Below, in pieces: positions 1 to 9,608 of a stretch of 33,896 nucleotides of DNA (positions are counted from its first letter, which is position 1; every line of letters begins with the position of its first letter). The notes under the pieces were generated by a model. That model was not told where the DNA came from. It was given only the letters and a program-made list of their open reading frames with translations, and made no database searches. The translations under genes were made by a program, and so were the position numbers. Source of the stretch: a virus (lineage: Duplodnaviria > Caudoviricetes); the IMG/VR virus record IMGVR_UViG_3300042519_000236, positions 1 to 33,896 of that record. One strand, written 5' to 3'.

Positions 1-2774
1 GCCTTTTGATCAGGGTCATCGTTGACTATGGTATAAACATAGCCACCGTTGTATATCACCGCAGCGGCTAGATCTCCTGTGGTAGTGACTAATTCTTTGG
101 TCCATTGGTGTATGCCATTGATGTCCCACTTGGATAACATGGCACGTAAACCGCCGTCATAATAATCACCTATGGCCCAAACATCACCAGTGGCAGGGTT
201 GACAGTTACCGCACGATATTGTCCTTCGGTAGGAAGGTCTTCAAAATCCTCAGGTATGATATTGCCGGTCCAGACTGGTACTCCACTGTCTCCGTCAACT
301 TTGATCACTGCCGGACTATTATTACCATTGTTATCATTGAAACTACCTGCTAGATAATAATTTCCAGAATTATCACAGGCTATATCCACAGCAGAAACAT
401 ACCCATCCACGAAACCTAGACTTCCTTGGGCTATTCCGCCCAGTCCAAGATTTCCATCAGTGTCCATATAGCCGGACCAGCAACCATTGTTGGTGGCGTC
501 TGTAGCAAGCCAATAGATTCGATCATTGCTGTCTATGGCAAAGGCCTGATTGACAGCACCGCAATTATTGCCGCTGTTGTCATGCCATGTTCTACTCCAT
601 AATAAATTACCATTGGTATCGTATTTTAACAGTAGACTATCTACATCATTTATGCCGTCACCAAATAGTACACCACCTAGCACATAGACATTGCCCACGC
701 TGTCATAGAAAGCACCGGTGCCTACGGTATAACTAGAAGTAGTGACCGCAGTGGTTATACCGCCAAATTCTGCTGCCCAGTATGGGCGAATTACTCCACT
801 ACCGGGTACTTGTATCGTCACGCTGTTGTTGCTGACAGATAACTTGGTATTATCGCCACCATCTATGACAATGGCATCGCTGTCAACATTGGCAGTACTG
901 ATAACAGTGCCGTCAATGGCCAAGCCATCTAAGTATGTTTCTGGACTTGGAATCTGTGTTGGACTTGCGTCTAACCATACTCCATTAGTGGCAACGTAGG
1001 TACGCCCTTCAACAGTATCAAACCATTGTGTGCCTGTGGTTGCTGTAGGTGCTGTGTCTGATATTGTAACAGTACCGATGTTAACATCACCTTGTAAGGT
1101 TAGGTTACCTGCGGTGTTGATTGTGATAATAGGGTTGCCGTCAACTGTGACAAAGTTGTCTTGGTTAACACCTAGTGCTACTCCACCAATGTAGATTGTG
1201 CCTGTGCCTACATAGATACTACGCCATTGGCTTGATGTACTACCTAAGTCATATGCTAAGTTTGTATCAGGAATAAGACTGCTTGGTAAGTTCAATAGGT
1301 CCAGTGATTCAACAACAACCATTCTACCAGCAAGTTCATCTAGACCTTGTGTGAATGTGGCTACAGTAGGTGTTCCTATCCAGTCCGGAACATTGGCTGG
1401 AGTGTAAATTTCACTACCTGTTGCTCCGGTAGCACCAATATCACCAGCAGGACCAGTGGCTCCTACACCAGTTGCACCAGTAGCTCCATTATCACCCGCT
1501 AAACCAGTAGCACCATCTAATCCAGTTGCACCAATATCACCAGCAGGGCCAGTAGCACCTGTAGCACCATTATCACCTGCTAAACCAGTAGCACCATCTA
1601 ATCCAGTTGCACCTACAAGACCTTGAGGACCAGTAGCACCTGTAGCACCATCATTACCAGCTAAACCAGTAGCACCATCTAATCCAGTTGCACCAATATC
1701 ACCAGCAGGGCCAGTAGCACCTGTAGCACCATCATTACCGGTAGCACCATTAGGACCAGGGCCGCCTTGTGGACCAACAATAGGTCCAATGTTTTCCCAA
1801 AGTGTAGTTAATGTATTCCAGAAATAAACATCACCGTCTGTGGTGTTGATCCATCCCTGACCTACTTGACCTATACCAACTGTAGATGTTGTAACAGTAT
1901 CTGTGCTACCAACTAATACTAGACTAATACCCTGTGGTCCAGTTGCTCCTGTTGTTCCTTGATAACCAGTTGCACCAGTTGCACCTCCTAACCCTGTCGC
2001 ACCTTGAATGCCCGTAGAACCTTGAATGCCCGTAGAACCTGTAGGACCAGTTGCACCTGTTGTACCCAATTGTCCGGTAGCACCACTTAATCCTGTAGCA
2101 CCTTGAATGCCTGTAGCACCTACAGGGCCTGTAGAACCTGTTGTACCCAATAATCCAGTAGCACCTGTGCTACCATTTGGACCAACAGAACCGGTTGCAC
2201 CGGTTGCACCTGCACCAGTAGCACCTGCAGGACCTATTGCACCCACGTTAGGGCTAGTTTCAATCCAAAGTCCATTAAAGTAAGTAAAGCTACGACCTAA
2301 TTCACTGTCCCACCACTGATCGCCGGATACTGGATTAGCAGGAGCCACATCACTGATTACACTGGTAATTGCACTTAGCGTCCCTGCTGTAGTTACAGCA
2401 AGGTTATGTCCAACAATAATCCCACCTAAAGTAGCAGTGGTTGCTGTATTTGTTGGGCCTGCTGGACCAGTAGCACCTTGAGCACCTGTTGCACCCGTAG
2501 ATCCATTTGTGCCCGAGGCACCTGTTGCACCGTCAACTCCTGCTGCACCCGTAGATCCATTTGTGCCCGCAGGGCCGGTAGCACCTGTTGCACCGTCAAC
2601 TCCTGCAGGTCCTGTTGCACCGACTCCACCAGCACCACTTGCACCGATAGATCCGATAAAACTCTTTAGGTCTGCACCGGTGGCTTTCTTTGTTTGCCCG
2701 TTTTGCACTACGGGAAACACTGTTGCATCAGTTAATGTGGATACAGCACCGAATGAATTGAATATATTGCTCAT
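1..2774 (-). CDS. Collagen-like tail fibre / virion fibre protein with C-terminal beta-propeller-like repeats (3' end runs off window)
   Basis: Manual translation from ATG at 2774 ([30 protein letters not shown]...) stays open to the window edge (>920 aa). It has three Gly-X-Y blocks ([19 protein letters not shown]...), '[13 protein letters not shown]' and '[14 protein letters not shown]' fibre-type motifs, and '[10 protein letters not shown]...[12 protein letters not shown]' propeller-like repeats. Missing from the ORF track because it has no stop in the window. Confidence 0.85.
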   Translation of the reverse strand, partial: MSNIFNSFGAVSTLTDATVFPVVQNGQTKKATGADLKSFIGSIGASGAGGVGATGPAGVDGATGATGPAGTNGSTGAAGVDGATGASGTNGSTGATGAQGATGPAGPTNTATTATLGGIIVGHNLAVTTAGTLSAITSVISDVAPANPVSGDQWWDSELGRSFTYFNGLWIETSPNVGAIGPAGATGAGATGATGSVGPNGSTGATGLLGTTGSTGPVGATGIQGATGLSGATGQLGTTGATGPTGSTGIQGSTGIQGATGLGGATGATGYQGTTGATGPQGISLVLVGSTDTVTTSTVGIGQVGQGWINTTDGDVYFWNTLTTLWENIGPIVGPQGGPGPNGATGNDGATGATGPAGDIGATGLDGATGLAGNDGATGATGPQGLVGATGLDGATGLAGDNGATGATGPAGDIGATGLDGATGLAGDNGATGATGVGATGPAGDIGATGATGSEIYTPANVPDWIGTPTVATFTQGLDELAGRMVVVESLDLLNLPSSLIPDTNLAYDLGSTSSQWRSIYVGTGTIYIGGVALGVNQDNFVTVDGNPIITINTAGNLTLQGDVNIGTVTISDTAPTATTGTQWFDTVEGRTYVATNGVWLDASPTQIPSPETYLDGLAIDGTVISTANVDSDAIVIDGGDNTKLSVSNNSVTIQVPGSGVIRPYWAAEFGGITTAVTTSSYTVGTGAFYDSVGNVYVLGGVLFGDGINDVDSLLLKYDTNGNLLWSRTWHDNSGNNCGAVNQAFAIDSNDRIYWLATDATNNGCWSGYMDTDGNLGLGGIAQGSLGFVDGYVSAVDIACDNSGNYYLAGSFNDNNGNNSPAVIKVDGDSGVPVWTGNIIPEDFEDLPTEGQYRAVTVNPATGDVWAIGDYYDGGLRAMLSKWDINGIHQWTKELVTTTGDLAAAVIYNGGYVYTIVNDDPDQK
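1430..1745. repeat. 81-bp imperfect tandem repeat encoding a 27-aa collagen unit
   Basis: GTAGCACCATCTAATCCAGTTGCACC recurs at ~1507, ~1588 and ~1669 (81-nt period). Confidence 0.85.
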
Positions 2775-2811
2775 TTTTTGTCCAAGTTAGCGTCTTAGCT
2801 AGTTATACTGG

Positions 2812-2847
2812 TATTTAGTTTGGATTTTTATAATCCAAATGTAAATA
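2812..2847. promoter_or_regulatory. Divergent T4-like late promoters (TAAATA)
   Basis: TAAATA on minus strand at 2812-2817 upstream of the fibre gene; TAAATA on plus strand at 2842-2847, 4 nt before ATG 2852. Confidence 0.6.
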
Positions 2848-2851
2848 TTCA

Positions 2852-3139
2852 ATGCTGATACAAACTAAAAAAATTTCTACAGAATACACAAGGCCCAGCA
2901 AGCATAATAAGTCACATGCATATACTAGAACAAAAACAATATTGGTAATCCAATGTGATAGCTGCGAGTCCTTGTTTGAAAGAGATCAAGGTAAAATGAG
3001 CAGGAAGAGAACTAGCAATGACTACTACCATGTCTGTTCAAACTGCAATCCAAAACAGTTTGCACAAAAGAGAGGTGTGGAGCGTAGGCAAATCTGGAAA
3101 TTGTCAGCAGACAGTGACGTAAATGTCAGCAAGATATAG
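2852..3139 (+). CDS. Hypothetical protein with putative Zn ribbon
   Basis: CDSC...CSNC cysteine pairs; preceded by TAAATA. Confidence 0.7.
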   Translation: MLIQTKKISTEYTRPSKHNKSHAYTRTKTILVIQCDSCESLFERDQGKMSRKRTSNDYYHVCSNCNPKQFAQKRGVERRQIWKLSADSDVNVSKI

Positions 3140-3187
3140 GTTGCATTTTTTACCATTCAATGTTATAATATATGCTATGTAAACCAC

Positions 3188-3195
3188 TATAAATA
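3188..3195 (+). promoter_or_regulatory. T4-type late promoter TATAAATA
   Basis: Exact T4 late consensus 6 nt before the HNH ATG. Confidence 0.65.
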
Positions 3196-3201
3196 CTCAT
3201 T

Positions 3202-3723
3202 ATGAGCGATGTATTACTTTTAAACTCTGACGCACAACCAGTTTGTCTCTTGCCAGTTAGCATTATCAACTGGCAAGATGCGATTCGATATATGGTTTTG
3301 GAAAAAGCCGTTGTATTGAGTTGGTACGACAATTGGGTTGTCCACTCTGCAAACTGGGAAACCAATGTTCCCTCGGTACTGATGCTGACTGAATATATGA
3401 AGCCTAAGAGCACTATCCGCTTTTCTAAGCAGAATGTGTTCTTGCGTGACGGGTATTCTTGCCAATACTGCGGTTCAGAAGTAAACAAGCGAACAGCTAC
3501 TCTGGATCACGTGTTGCCAACGTCACACGGTGGTAAAACTACTTTTGAAAATACTGTCTGTGCCTGTGGTACTTGCAATGCTAACAAAGGTAATAACAAG
3601 AAGATTGTGCCAAAGCACAAGCCTCACAAGCCTACCTACTGGGAACTAGTTGACCGCCGTAGGAAAATGCCATTCGACGTTAAACACGACGACTGGAAAA
3701 TATACTTAGGTATACAAGAATAA
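3202..3723 (+). CDS. HNH endonuclease (McrA/HNH_5-like)
   Basis: VLLLN N-terminus; RDGYSCQYCG...TLDHVLPTSHGGKTTFENTVCACGTCNANKG. Confidence 0.92.
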   Translation: MSDVLLLNSDAQPVCLLPVSIINWQDAIRYMVLEKAVVLSWYDNWVVHSANWETNVPSVLMLTEYMKPKSTIRFSKQNVFLRDGYSCQYCGSEVNKRTATLDHVLPTSHGGKTTFENTVCACGTCNANKGNNKKIVPKHKPHKPTYWELVDRRRKMPFDVKHDDWKIYLGIQE

Positions 3724-3746
3724 AAAGGCCCTCCGGGGCCTTTTTT
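3722..3746. terminator. Bidirectional rho-independent terminator
   Basis: AAAAA-GGCCC-TCCG-GGGCC-TTTTTT between convergent HNH and infA. Confidence 0.9.
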
Positions 3747-3769
3747 ATTGTCTTTGTTTTAAGAGTGCA

Positions 3770-3988
3770 TTATCGCTCTCGATATGCGATGCGAGCACGA
3801 GTTAGATCATATGGGCTCATTTCAACTCTAACTGTGTCACCAAGTAGGATTTGGATTTTGTGTTGACGCATCTTGCCTGAGATGTGTCCAAGGACCGTAT
3901 GGTCGTTTTCTAACTTAATTCTGAACATAGCATTAGGCAGAACTTCTTCTACTTTGCCCATCATGCTAATTTGGTCTTCTTTTGCCAC
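3770..3988 (-). CDS. infA: Translation initiation factor IF-1
   Basis: 72 aa; MAKED...[57 protein letters not shown] matches the IF-1 signature; GTG start. Confidence 0.97.
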   Translation of the reverse strand: MAKEDQISMMGKVEEVLPNAMFRIKLENDHTVLGHISGKMRQHKIQILLGDTVRVEMSPYDLTRARIAYRER

Positions 3989-3990
3989 GA

Positions 3991-4236
3991 TTAAACTTTC
4001 TCTCCTTTTAGGCCGCTGATCACTAGATCTTTAGCTCGCTTATTTAAGCTGGCTTCTTCGGCATCGGCTATCATGCCAGCCATGACATTCATATAGTCTG
4101 ACATTACCTTTATTCCAGCTTCAGTAAGATGATTGTATTCGGATCCAACACTGCTCTTGTAGTAGTAATTTCGATTATTCATAATCTCCACAACACCACC
4201 ATAGAACAAATCTTTGATTGCCGCTTTTTCTATCAT
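3991..4236 (-). CDS. Hypothetical protein (81 aa; start revised to MIEKAAIK)
   Basis: ATGA overlap with the stop of 4233..4457; the longer track ORF overlaps a real gene. Confidence 0.7.
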   Translation of the reverse strand: MIEKAAIKDLFYGGVVEIMNNRNYYYKSSVGSEYNHLTEAGIKVMSDYMNVMAGMIADAEEASLNKRAKDLVISGLKGEKV

Positions 4237-4457
4237 TTTAGGTACTCCATCGTTGCTTCTGACCCTCTCAAGTACGCGACCGGCTTTAACCAGCCGTTTG
4301 ACATGCAGGTGTTCAAAATAGCTCTGTACTCTGCTGGGCACTTCTCGGATATTTCGAATCCAGCTCTGGGCGTAATAACTAATTTGGATTTTATATGCCA
4401 CAAAGGATCTCCGGGCCTAATTGTTTTAACATCATGTTTATACGAGTGATAGGTCAT
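4233..4457 (-). CDS. Hypothetical protein
   Basis: ATGA coupling at both ends within a tightly packed operon. Confidence 0.7.
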   Translation of the reverse strand: MTYHSYKHDVKTIRPGDPLWHIKSKLVITPRAGFEISEKCPAEYRAILNTCMSNGWLKPVAYLRGSEATMEYLK

Positions 4458-4645
4458 TCTGGTAAAGGCCTAAAACGGCTTAGAAAACTTTCTTGGTAAC
4501 AGCTATATTCTTTCGGAGTGCCTGTTATTGCGTCAACTTTTTCAGAACGATAATGAACCCATGTGTGTCCGTTTTGTTCTATACTGTGAAGCACAATGAA
4601 CACTTTGTCGATACCGTCACCCCACTTACTTCCATCTTTAATCAT
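4454..4645 (-). CDS. Hypothetical protein (start revised to MIKDGSKW)
   Basis: Start overlaps the stop of 4638..4886; operon packing. Confidence 0.65.
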   Translation of the reverse strand: MIKDGSKWGDGIDKVFIVLHSIEQNGHTWVHYRSEKVDAITGTPKEYSCYQESFLSRFRPLPE

Positions 4646-4886
4646 CTGTATTTTCCTTATCTTGATCGTACTGTTTAACCATACGGTACAATGGCTCCAT
4701 CCGTTCTTGAAATACACTGGGGCAATTTTCGGCCGCCACTTTCATATCCCATGCACTAGGGTAATGTCTTAGACACCAACGGGCTTGCTCTTTAATTGCC
4801 TTTGGGACTCGAGGAGTATTAAGAATCTCCACTAAAAACTCCTGAGTCTTTACTACTGCACGATAACGCTCGTCTGGCAAGGTCAA
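4638..4886 (-). CDS. Conserved hypothetical protein (BPSL0761-like)
   Basis: MTLPDERYRAV...FL...PKAIKEQARWCLRHYP resembles the BPSL0761 family pattern. Confidence 0.65.
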   Translation of the reverse strand: MTLPDERYRAVVKTQEFLVEILNTPRVPKAIKEQARWCLRHYPSAWDMKVAAENCPSVFQERMEPLYRMVKQYDQDKENTDD

Positions 4887-6175
4887 ATCTTTTCTCCTGC
4901 TTTGAATCCACGGAATCGCAGGAAGCGAGGGAATCTCAAACTGTATGTGCCGTCTTGATTTTGTGTAATAGCATCTGCTCGAACTTCTACAATTTGACCA
5001 ATGACGCTATCACGATCAGCCCAAAACTCAATTCGATCACTATCGCTAAAGCCACTACCAACATTGACGACAATTGTCTTTCCGTCGTCAATACCGGAAC
5101 AGACCAACGCTCCCAATCGACCTTCATTGCGGCCAGTACCTTCTTCAACATTTGTAACCTCCAAGGATACTTCAATAAATGGTTTTTGCTTGAGCCAGGC
5201 CACATGACGTTTGCATACGTATTTGGCATCAAGGTCTTTGATCATAATGCCTTCGTAGCCGTTGGCAATAGCATCTTTGTTAAACTCAATAAATTGCATT
5301 TGTCCTACAGTAGAGTCCAAATCTACTTCAACTTGCGGAACGAGTCCAATGTTGCTGACTTTGTCAAATACACCCTTGAACTGTTTCAAGAAGGCGGTCC
5401 TACGCTTCTGTCCAAGTGTGCTCTTGCCTGCTTTGAATTCGCTAAGAGGCAGCATATCGAATAACATCAACACAGCATCGCTGGCATCGGCATCGCTCTT
5501 ACGATGTACCTGTTTCATTAGGGCTTGAAAGCTGGTACTGATGATTTCGCCATCCAATACAAAGCTACGATCAAAGTCGTCAATGTGTGCTAATAGCCCT
5601 TCTGTGATATGAGGGAAGTTAACTAATTCTTTACCGTTGCGGCTGTATTGAACAACTGTACGAGCTTCGCAGTCCACAATAGTCAATACCCGAACACCGT
5701 CCAACTTTGGCTCTAACAATTTCTTGCCGGAGACTTTGCTTTCGTGATTAGCACCATCGTGTGCCAACATGCACTCGAACAACGGCACAGCATTCTTAAC
5801 AACTTTGTTGATAGTCTTTTCACTGACTCCGCAACGAAGATCCTTGATAAGAATGCGACGATACCAATCATTCCATTGCTTGCCTGTGCTGGCACTGAGT
5901 GCAAGTTCAATTGCAGTACGTGCATCATCGCCAGTAAGTTGGCGTGTGCGTAGCAGTTCACACAGCTCTTTAAAAGCTACCCAAGGCAATCCCTGTCCAT
6001 CTGGGCCGCTGTGACTAGGCACCTTCTTAACTCCGAATGTGATAAACGGACTCAGTGCAAGTTGAAAGCCTTCAAGCAATTCTGTATTGTCTTTTTCAGC
6101 TTCAATGATAGCTTCTTTGTTTAGGCGGCTTGGGTGTTCTTCCAAGCTGCGGATTACTGCATCGCAGTTAGTCAT
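4883..6175 (-). CDS. ATP-dependent DNA ligase
   Basis: Motif I EPKLDGVR; SRNGK; VLDGEI; FD; EGIMIKD; WLKQK; C-terminal SLRFPRF OB fold. Confidence 0.96.
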   Translation of the reverse strand: MTNCDAVIRSLEEHPSRLNKEAIIEAEKDNTELLEGFQLALSPFITFGVKKVPSHSGPDGQGLPWVAFKELCELLRTRQLTGDDARTAIELALSASTGKQWNDWYRRILIKDLRCGVSEKTINKVVKNAVPLFECMLAHDGANHESKVSGKKLLEPKLDGVRVLTIVDCEARTVVQYSRNGKELVNFPHITEGLLAHIDDFDRSFVLDGEIISTSFQALMKQVHRKSDADASDAVLMLFDMLPLSEFKAGKSTLGQKRRTAFLKQFKGVFDKVSNIGLVPQVEVDLDSTVGQMQFIEFNKDAIANGYEGIMIKDLDAKYVCKRHVAWLKQKPFIEVSLEVTNVEEGTGRNEGRLGALVCSGIDDGKTIVVNVGSGFSDSDRIEFWADRDSVIGQIVEVRADAITQNQDGTYSLRFPRFLRFRGFKAGEKI

Positions 6176-6498
6176 ACTGTCTCCAAATGTTTACATTTTG
6201 CACGGAATTGAAAGCCGGAGCAGGTGCAGGTCTTTGCTTCCGGATCTAGATAATATGTTTGTCCTTTGCTGCCTTGCACAGCAATTGTATTGGACTGTTT
6301 CTTCACAATAAACGGATTGGGTTTAACTGCTTCAAACTTGCGGCCACGCTTGTCAAATCCTTTAATCGGATTCTTAAAGTAGAAAGGTGCCTTGTCGCCA
6401 TATTTGATGTAGGCAACTAGATTATTGCCATCAAGTAGATACGTGTGGTTGCAGGCAGTGCTTGAACCCCAATTTGTAACTTCTTTAAGTGCTTCCAT
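6172..6498 (-). CDS. SWIM zinc-finger protein
   Basis: GSKGQTYYL...CTCSGFQFRAKCKH (CxC...CxH). Confidence 0.8.
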   Translation of the reverse strand: MEALKEVTNWGSSTACNHTYLLDGNNLVAYIKYGDKAPFYFKNPIKGFDKRGRKFEAVKPNPFIVKKQSNTIAVQGSKGQTYYLDPEAKTCTCSGFQFRAKCKHLETV

Positions 6499-6528
6499 TA
6501 ACGGCTTTCTGTGCTGTTTAATAGTTTA

Positions 6529-6557
6529 ATTATACAGCCATTTGGTCAGCTTGTCAA
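6529..6557 (-). promoter_or_regulatory. sigma70-type early promoter
   Basis: TTGACA-17 nt-TATAAT on minus strand upstream of the SWIM/ligase/infA operon. Confidence 0.9.
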
Positions 6558-6565
6558 CACTGATT

Positions 6566-6811
6566 TTACCAAATTGTCCGAACTGAGGCGGGTTTATCTA
6601 ATGCATTGATCATTGTGACTTTGCCCTCAACTTTGGTTGGAAAGGTCATTGTGTAGGTGGCCGCTAACTTGCCTGCGTCCGTTTTCCAGTGTAAGTAAAT
6701 CTTACTACCTTCTTCCGGAACAAGAATAACACTGTCCTCACCTATGTCAATTTCAAATTGGCCTTTTCCGCCTAGATTAATCGTCTTGTGTTTGAGTGCA
6801 ATGTATTTCAT
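6566..6811 (-). CDS. Hypothetical protein
   Basis: ATGA coupling to the upstream gene; 81 aa. Confidence 0.65.
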   Translation of the reverse strand: MKYIALKHKTINLGGKGQFEIDIGEDSVILVPEEGSKIYLHWKTDAGKLAATYTMTFPTKVEGKVTMINALDKPASVRTIW

Positions 6812-7590
6812 AGTTGTTTTGCTACAATATTTTTAACTCTTTCAGAGTTAAATGTTCTAAGTATAGTTAGATCAGCTTCTGCATCTTTCTTTGCCTGTTC
6901 ACTAGTCAAATAACCTTTAAAAAAGTTATCCCAATATCTTTTTGCTTCACTGGGAATACCACTAGGTGTAATAACTATAAACTCTCCAGGGTTGGGTATT
7001 CTTTTTATTAGTAAGACTTTACCTGCGTCAACTTGTTGGTTGATAATTATTCCAGGCACTATAATCTTAGAAATAGTACCGTTGAGAAGATCCGTAGTCA
7101 TTTGACCCGAGCTCTTATACGGAACAAGTAAAGCGTCTTTAATCTTTTGTTCTTCAATATATTGCTGAATTAATTCTTTTTGTGTAGGTGCGTTAAATCC
7201 AAACACATTTTTATCAGTGTTATTTGATACTAGATAAAATATACTAGAACGAATACCTGTAATATATTCAAAATCAGTTAAAGAATTAAATCGTTTGGCA
7301 GTACTATCTTTAGATGCTGCTACTTCGGTGGTTGTTACTATTAGAGTGTTGCCGTCCTTGTGGGCTGTCATTGCAGAGTTCATTCCGACAACACCTTCGG
7401 CACCTGGCTGATATTCTGGTATCATATTAATACCTTGTTGCTGTGCGTATCTTTCGATTTTTCTAAAGGTGATATCAACGCCGCCACCGGGAGGAAAAGG
7501 TACAATAACCTTGACTGTGTTTGCAGGTTGAAATGCCAATGCAGATGTTGCTAACAACAATCCTGCAAATATACTTAAAATTTGTTTCAT
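6808..7590 (-). CDS. Bug/TctC tripartite tricarboxylate transporter substrate-binding protein (shortened)
   Basis: Signal peptide MKQILSIFAGLLLATSALA; VKVIVPFPPGGGVD, PGAEGVVG, DGNTL, VPYKSSG motifs. Confidence 0.85.
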   Translation of the reverse strand: MKQILSIFAGLLLATSALAFQPANTVKVIVPFPPGGGVDITFRKIERYAQQQGINMIPEYQPGAEGVVGMNSAMTAHKDGNTLIVTTTEVAASKDSTAKRFNSLTDFEYITGIRSSIFYLVSNNTDKNVFGFNAPTQKELIQQYIEEQKIKDALLVPYKSSGQMTTDLLNGTISKIIVPGIIINQQVDAGKVLLIKRIPNPGEFIVITPSGIPSEAKRYWDNFFKGYLTSEQAKKDAEADLTILRTFNSERVKNIVAKQL

Positions 7591-8762
7591 TCTTTTATCC
7601 ATTGTCCAATTGTAAATGATTTAGTTGATATAGGTGCCACTCCCGTTTTATTGCCTAACGGATCAAACTCACAAAACTTGTCAGCTATACTATCTAATCT
7701 TGATTTATAATAGTAGTTCCATACTTGTCTAGTGTCAAGAAATTCATCAGATTTAAAGAACCAAAAATCTTTGTCAATTCCGAATCTATGTCTAGGCTTT
7801 TCAGTTTGGAATATTGCGTTATCCCAATAAGGATAGCACACCGATTTAATGTCCATAAAAAACTTTTCTCTACAGGCATGTTTAATATCCGCTGACATTG
7901 CTAAGTATTCTCTACCTGGTACTAGATATCGTTCACGCGGGTTATGATTATAGTACTGAAATACTTGGTAGGCCATTTCAAAAGCTAGCTCTGGTAAGTC
8001 TGCACTCCAATAAAAATATTCTACCCCCAACTGATTGAATGGTGTAACATTTAATGTATGCAAGAAGTCGTCAACAAACTTCATTGATACAACACCTTGC
8101 GGGCTTTGTGCTAACATAGGTTTATCAATACCGGATATTTGCCCTACAGACTTATTCTTATCTATACAACTCCGTTCAAAGTCACTATAAGTGCCTTTGC
8201 GTAATATGTTTACAGGGCTGTATCTATTGTTTACTCCTACAAAAGAATCGTCGTTGAATTTATCAGCGTCAGTTAAGCCCTCTACACCTTTAAGTTCTAT
8301 TTTAATTTCTGGATAATTTTTAGCTAACCATTCTAATCTAGGTTTGGTTGCATAATCCCATTCACTGTTAAAATTGAATGCAGACTTGTCTTTCTTATTA
8401 GGGGTATGTAGTGAAGTTTTTAATACATCAAATGGCCAACGCACGTAAACACAATCTAATCTAATATTATTTTTAATAAATGTATCTAGTATATTAGAAC
8501 TATCTGCCCCGCCTGAATAATATAATACCAAATAATCGTATTTGTCACGTAGTTGTTGTGCTCGTTGTCTGTAAAGATCTGTTAGTTTAATTTTTCCTAG
8601 ATGCGACCTGTCAAATGTATCCCACACAGTGTTATTAAACTCAAATGTAATATCTTTCTTTGATGTTGTAGCGTAAATTGCAGCATCTATCTTGTCGTTG
8701 AATTTTTCTGTACCTACTGCCCAATTACCAAATTTGGTTGCTATTGATTTATTAAATGACAT
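7587..8762 (-). CDS. PP-loop (adenine nucleotide alpha-hydrolase-like) protein
   Basis: YLVLYYSGGADS is the SGGxDS PP-loop motif; substrate unknown. Confidence 0.75.
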   Translation of the reverse strand: MSFNKSIATKFGNWAVGTEKFNDKIDAAIYATTSKKDITFEFNNTVWDTFDRSHLGKIKLTDLYRQRAQQLRDKYDYLVLYYSGGADSSNILDTFIKNNIRLDCVYVRWPFDVLKTSLHTPNKKDKSAFNFNSEWDYATKPRLEWLAKNYPEIKIELKGVEGLTDADKFNDDSFVGVNNRYSPVNILRKGTYSDFERSCIDKNKSVGQISGIDKPMLAQSPQGVVSMKFVDDFLHTLNVTPFNQLGVEYFYWSADLPELAFEMAYQVFQYYNHNPRERYLVPGREYLAMSADIKHACREKFFMDIKSVCYPYWDNAIFQTEKPRHRFGIDKDFWFFKSDEFLDTRQVWNYYYKSRLDSIADKFCEFDPLGNKTGVAPISTKSFTIGQWIKE

Positions 8763-8774
8763 GTATATTTGCTG

Positions 8775-8792
8775 TAAATAGTAGATTATTTA
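8775..8792. promoter_or_regulatory. Overlapping divergent TAAATA late promoters
   Basis: TAAATA plus strand 8775-8780; minus strand 8787-8792, in a 40-nt intergenic gap. Confidence 0.55.
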
Positions 8793-8802
8793 TGGTACCA
8801 TT

Positions 8803-9129
8803 ATGATAACACTAACAGAAGCGGCGAGCAAGAAAATTCTTGATCAACTAAAAAAACGAGGGAAAGGACAGGGTATTAGAATAGGCACAAAAACAACCGG
8901 TTGCTCTGGACTAGCTTATGTGTTAGAATATGTAGACGAATACATTCACGAAGTAGGTGTAATTAACTTTGCACAAAAAGACTTTGTAGTTTTGGTAGAT
9001 CAAAAACATCTGCCATATGTGCAGAATATGACTGTAGACTATGTACGCAACGGATTGAACGAAGGATTTGAATTTAGAAACCCAAACGAACGAGATCGTT
9101 GCGGTTGCGGAGAATCATTTAGGATATAA
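8803..9129 (+). CDS. iscA: A-type Fe-S cluster carrier IscA/HesB
   Basis: MITLTEAA...TGCSGLAY...FRNPNERDRCGCGESF. Confidence 0.95.
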   Translation: MITLTEAASKKILDQLKKRGKGQGIRIGTKTTGCSGLAYVLEYVDEYIHEVGVINFAQKDFVVLVDQKHLPYVQNMTVDYVRNGLNEGFEFRNPNERDRCGCGESFRI

Positions 9130-9130
9130 T

Positions 9131-9394
9131 ATGGAAAATTTAGAAGAACAAATCAAAGACATTATGGCAAAGTCATTCTTGATAGATCGATCACGATTAG
9201 AAGATCATGTCGAATTAGAAAAAGACTTAGGAGTTGATAGTCTTAGTATTTTTGAAATGGTTATCAATATTGAAGATACTTACAAGATTGAAGTTAAAGA
9301 TAGGGAGCTAATAAAGTTCACTAAAGTTGGAGATGCAGTGGCTGTGCTAGCCGACCTTATTAGAAAAGAAACTGCTCAAGACTTACCGTCGTAG
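9131..9394 (+). CDS. Acyl carrier protein (start revised to ATG 9131)
   Basis: 87 aa, acidic; DLGVDSL phosphopantetheine site; EMVINIEDTYKIEV; TKVGDAV. Confidence 0.88.
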   Translation: MENLEEQIKDIMAKSFLIDRSRLEDHVELEKDLGVDSLSIFEMVINIEDTYKIEVKDRELIKFTKVGDAVAVLADLIRKETAQDLPS

Positions 9395-9600
9395 TCTTTT
9401 ACAGCCCCGCCGTAATGCACTGACTTGGCTTTGCGGCCTTTGGTATAGTTTCCGTGGCCATCAGTGTGGCCTTTCCCTTTAGACTGGTGTGGACGTAGAC
9501 CTTGACTAACACAAGAGTTATGATCACTCCTGCCTAGTCTTTTAGGACTACGACACACCTTAGGGTCTGTTTTCTCAGTTATAAATTCAAATGCTCGCAT
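9376..9600 (-). CDS. Small basic hypothetical protein
   Basis: MRAFEFITE...; K/R/H/G-rich; TAAATA (9606-9611) 5 nt upstream. Confidence 0.7.
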   Translation of the reverse strand: MRAFEFITEKTDPKVCRSPKRLGRSDHNSCVSQGLRPHQSKGKGHTDGHGNYTKGRKAKSVHYGGAVKDYDGKS

Positions 9601-9608
9601 CAACTTAT

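Noticed and set aside
172-2790. Short track ORFs including the Pro/Ala-rich 2509..2790
   Set aside because: Shadow frames of the collagen-like gene on the minus strand
4955-6311. Multiple alternative-frame ORFs over the ligase
   Set aside because: Shadows of a clearly conserved gene
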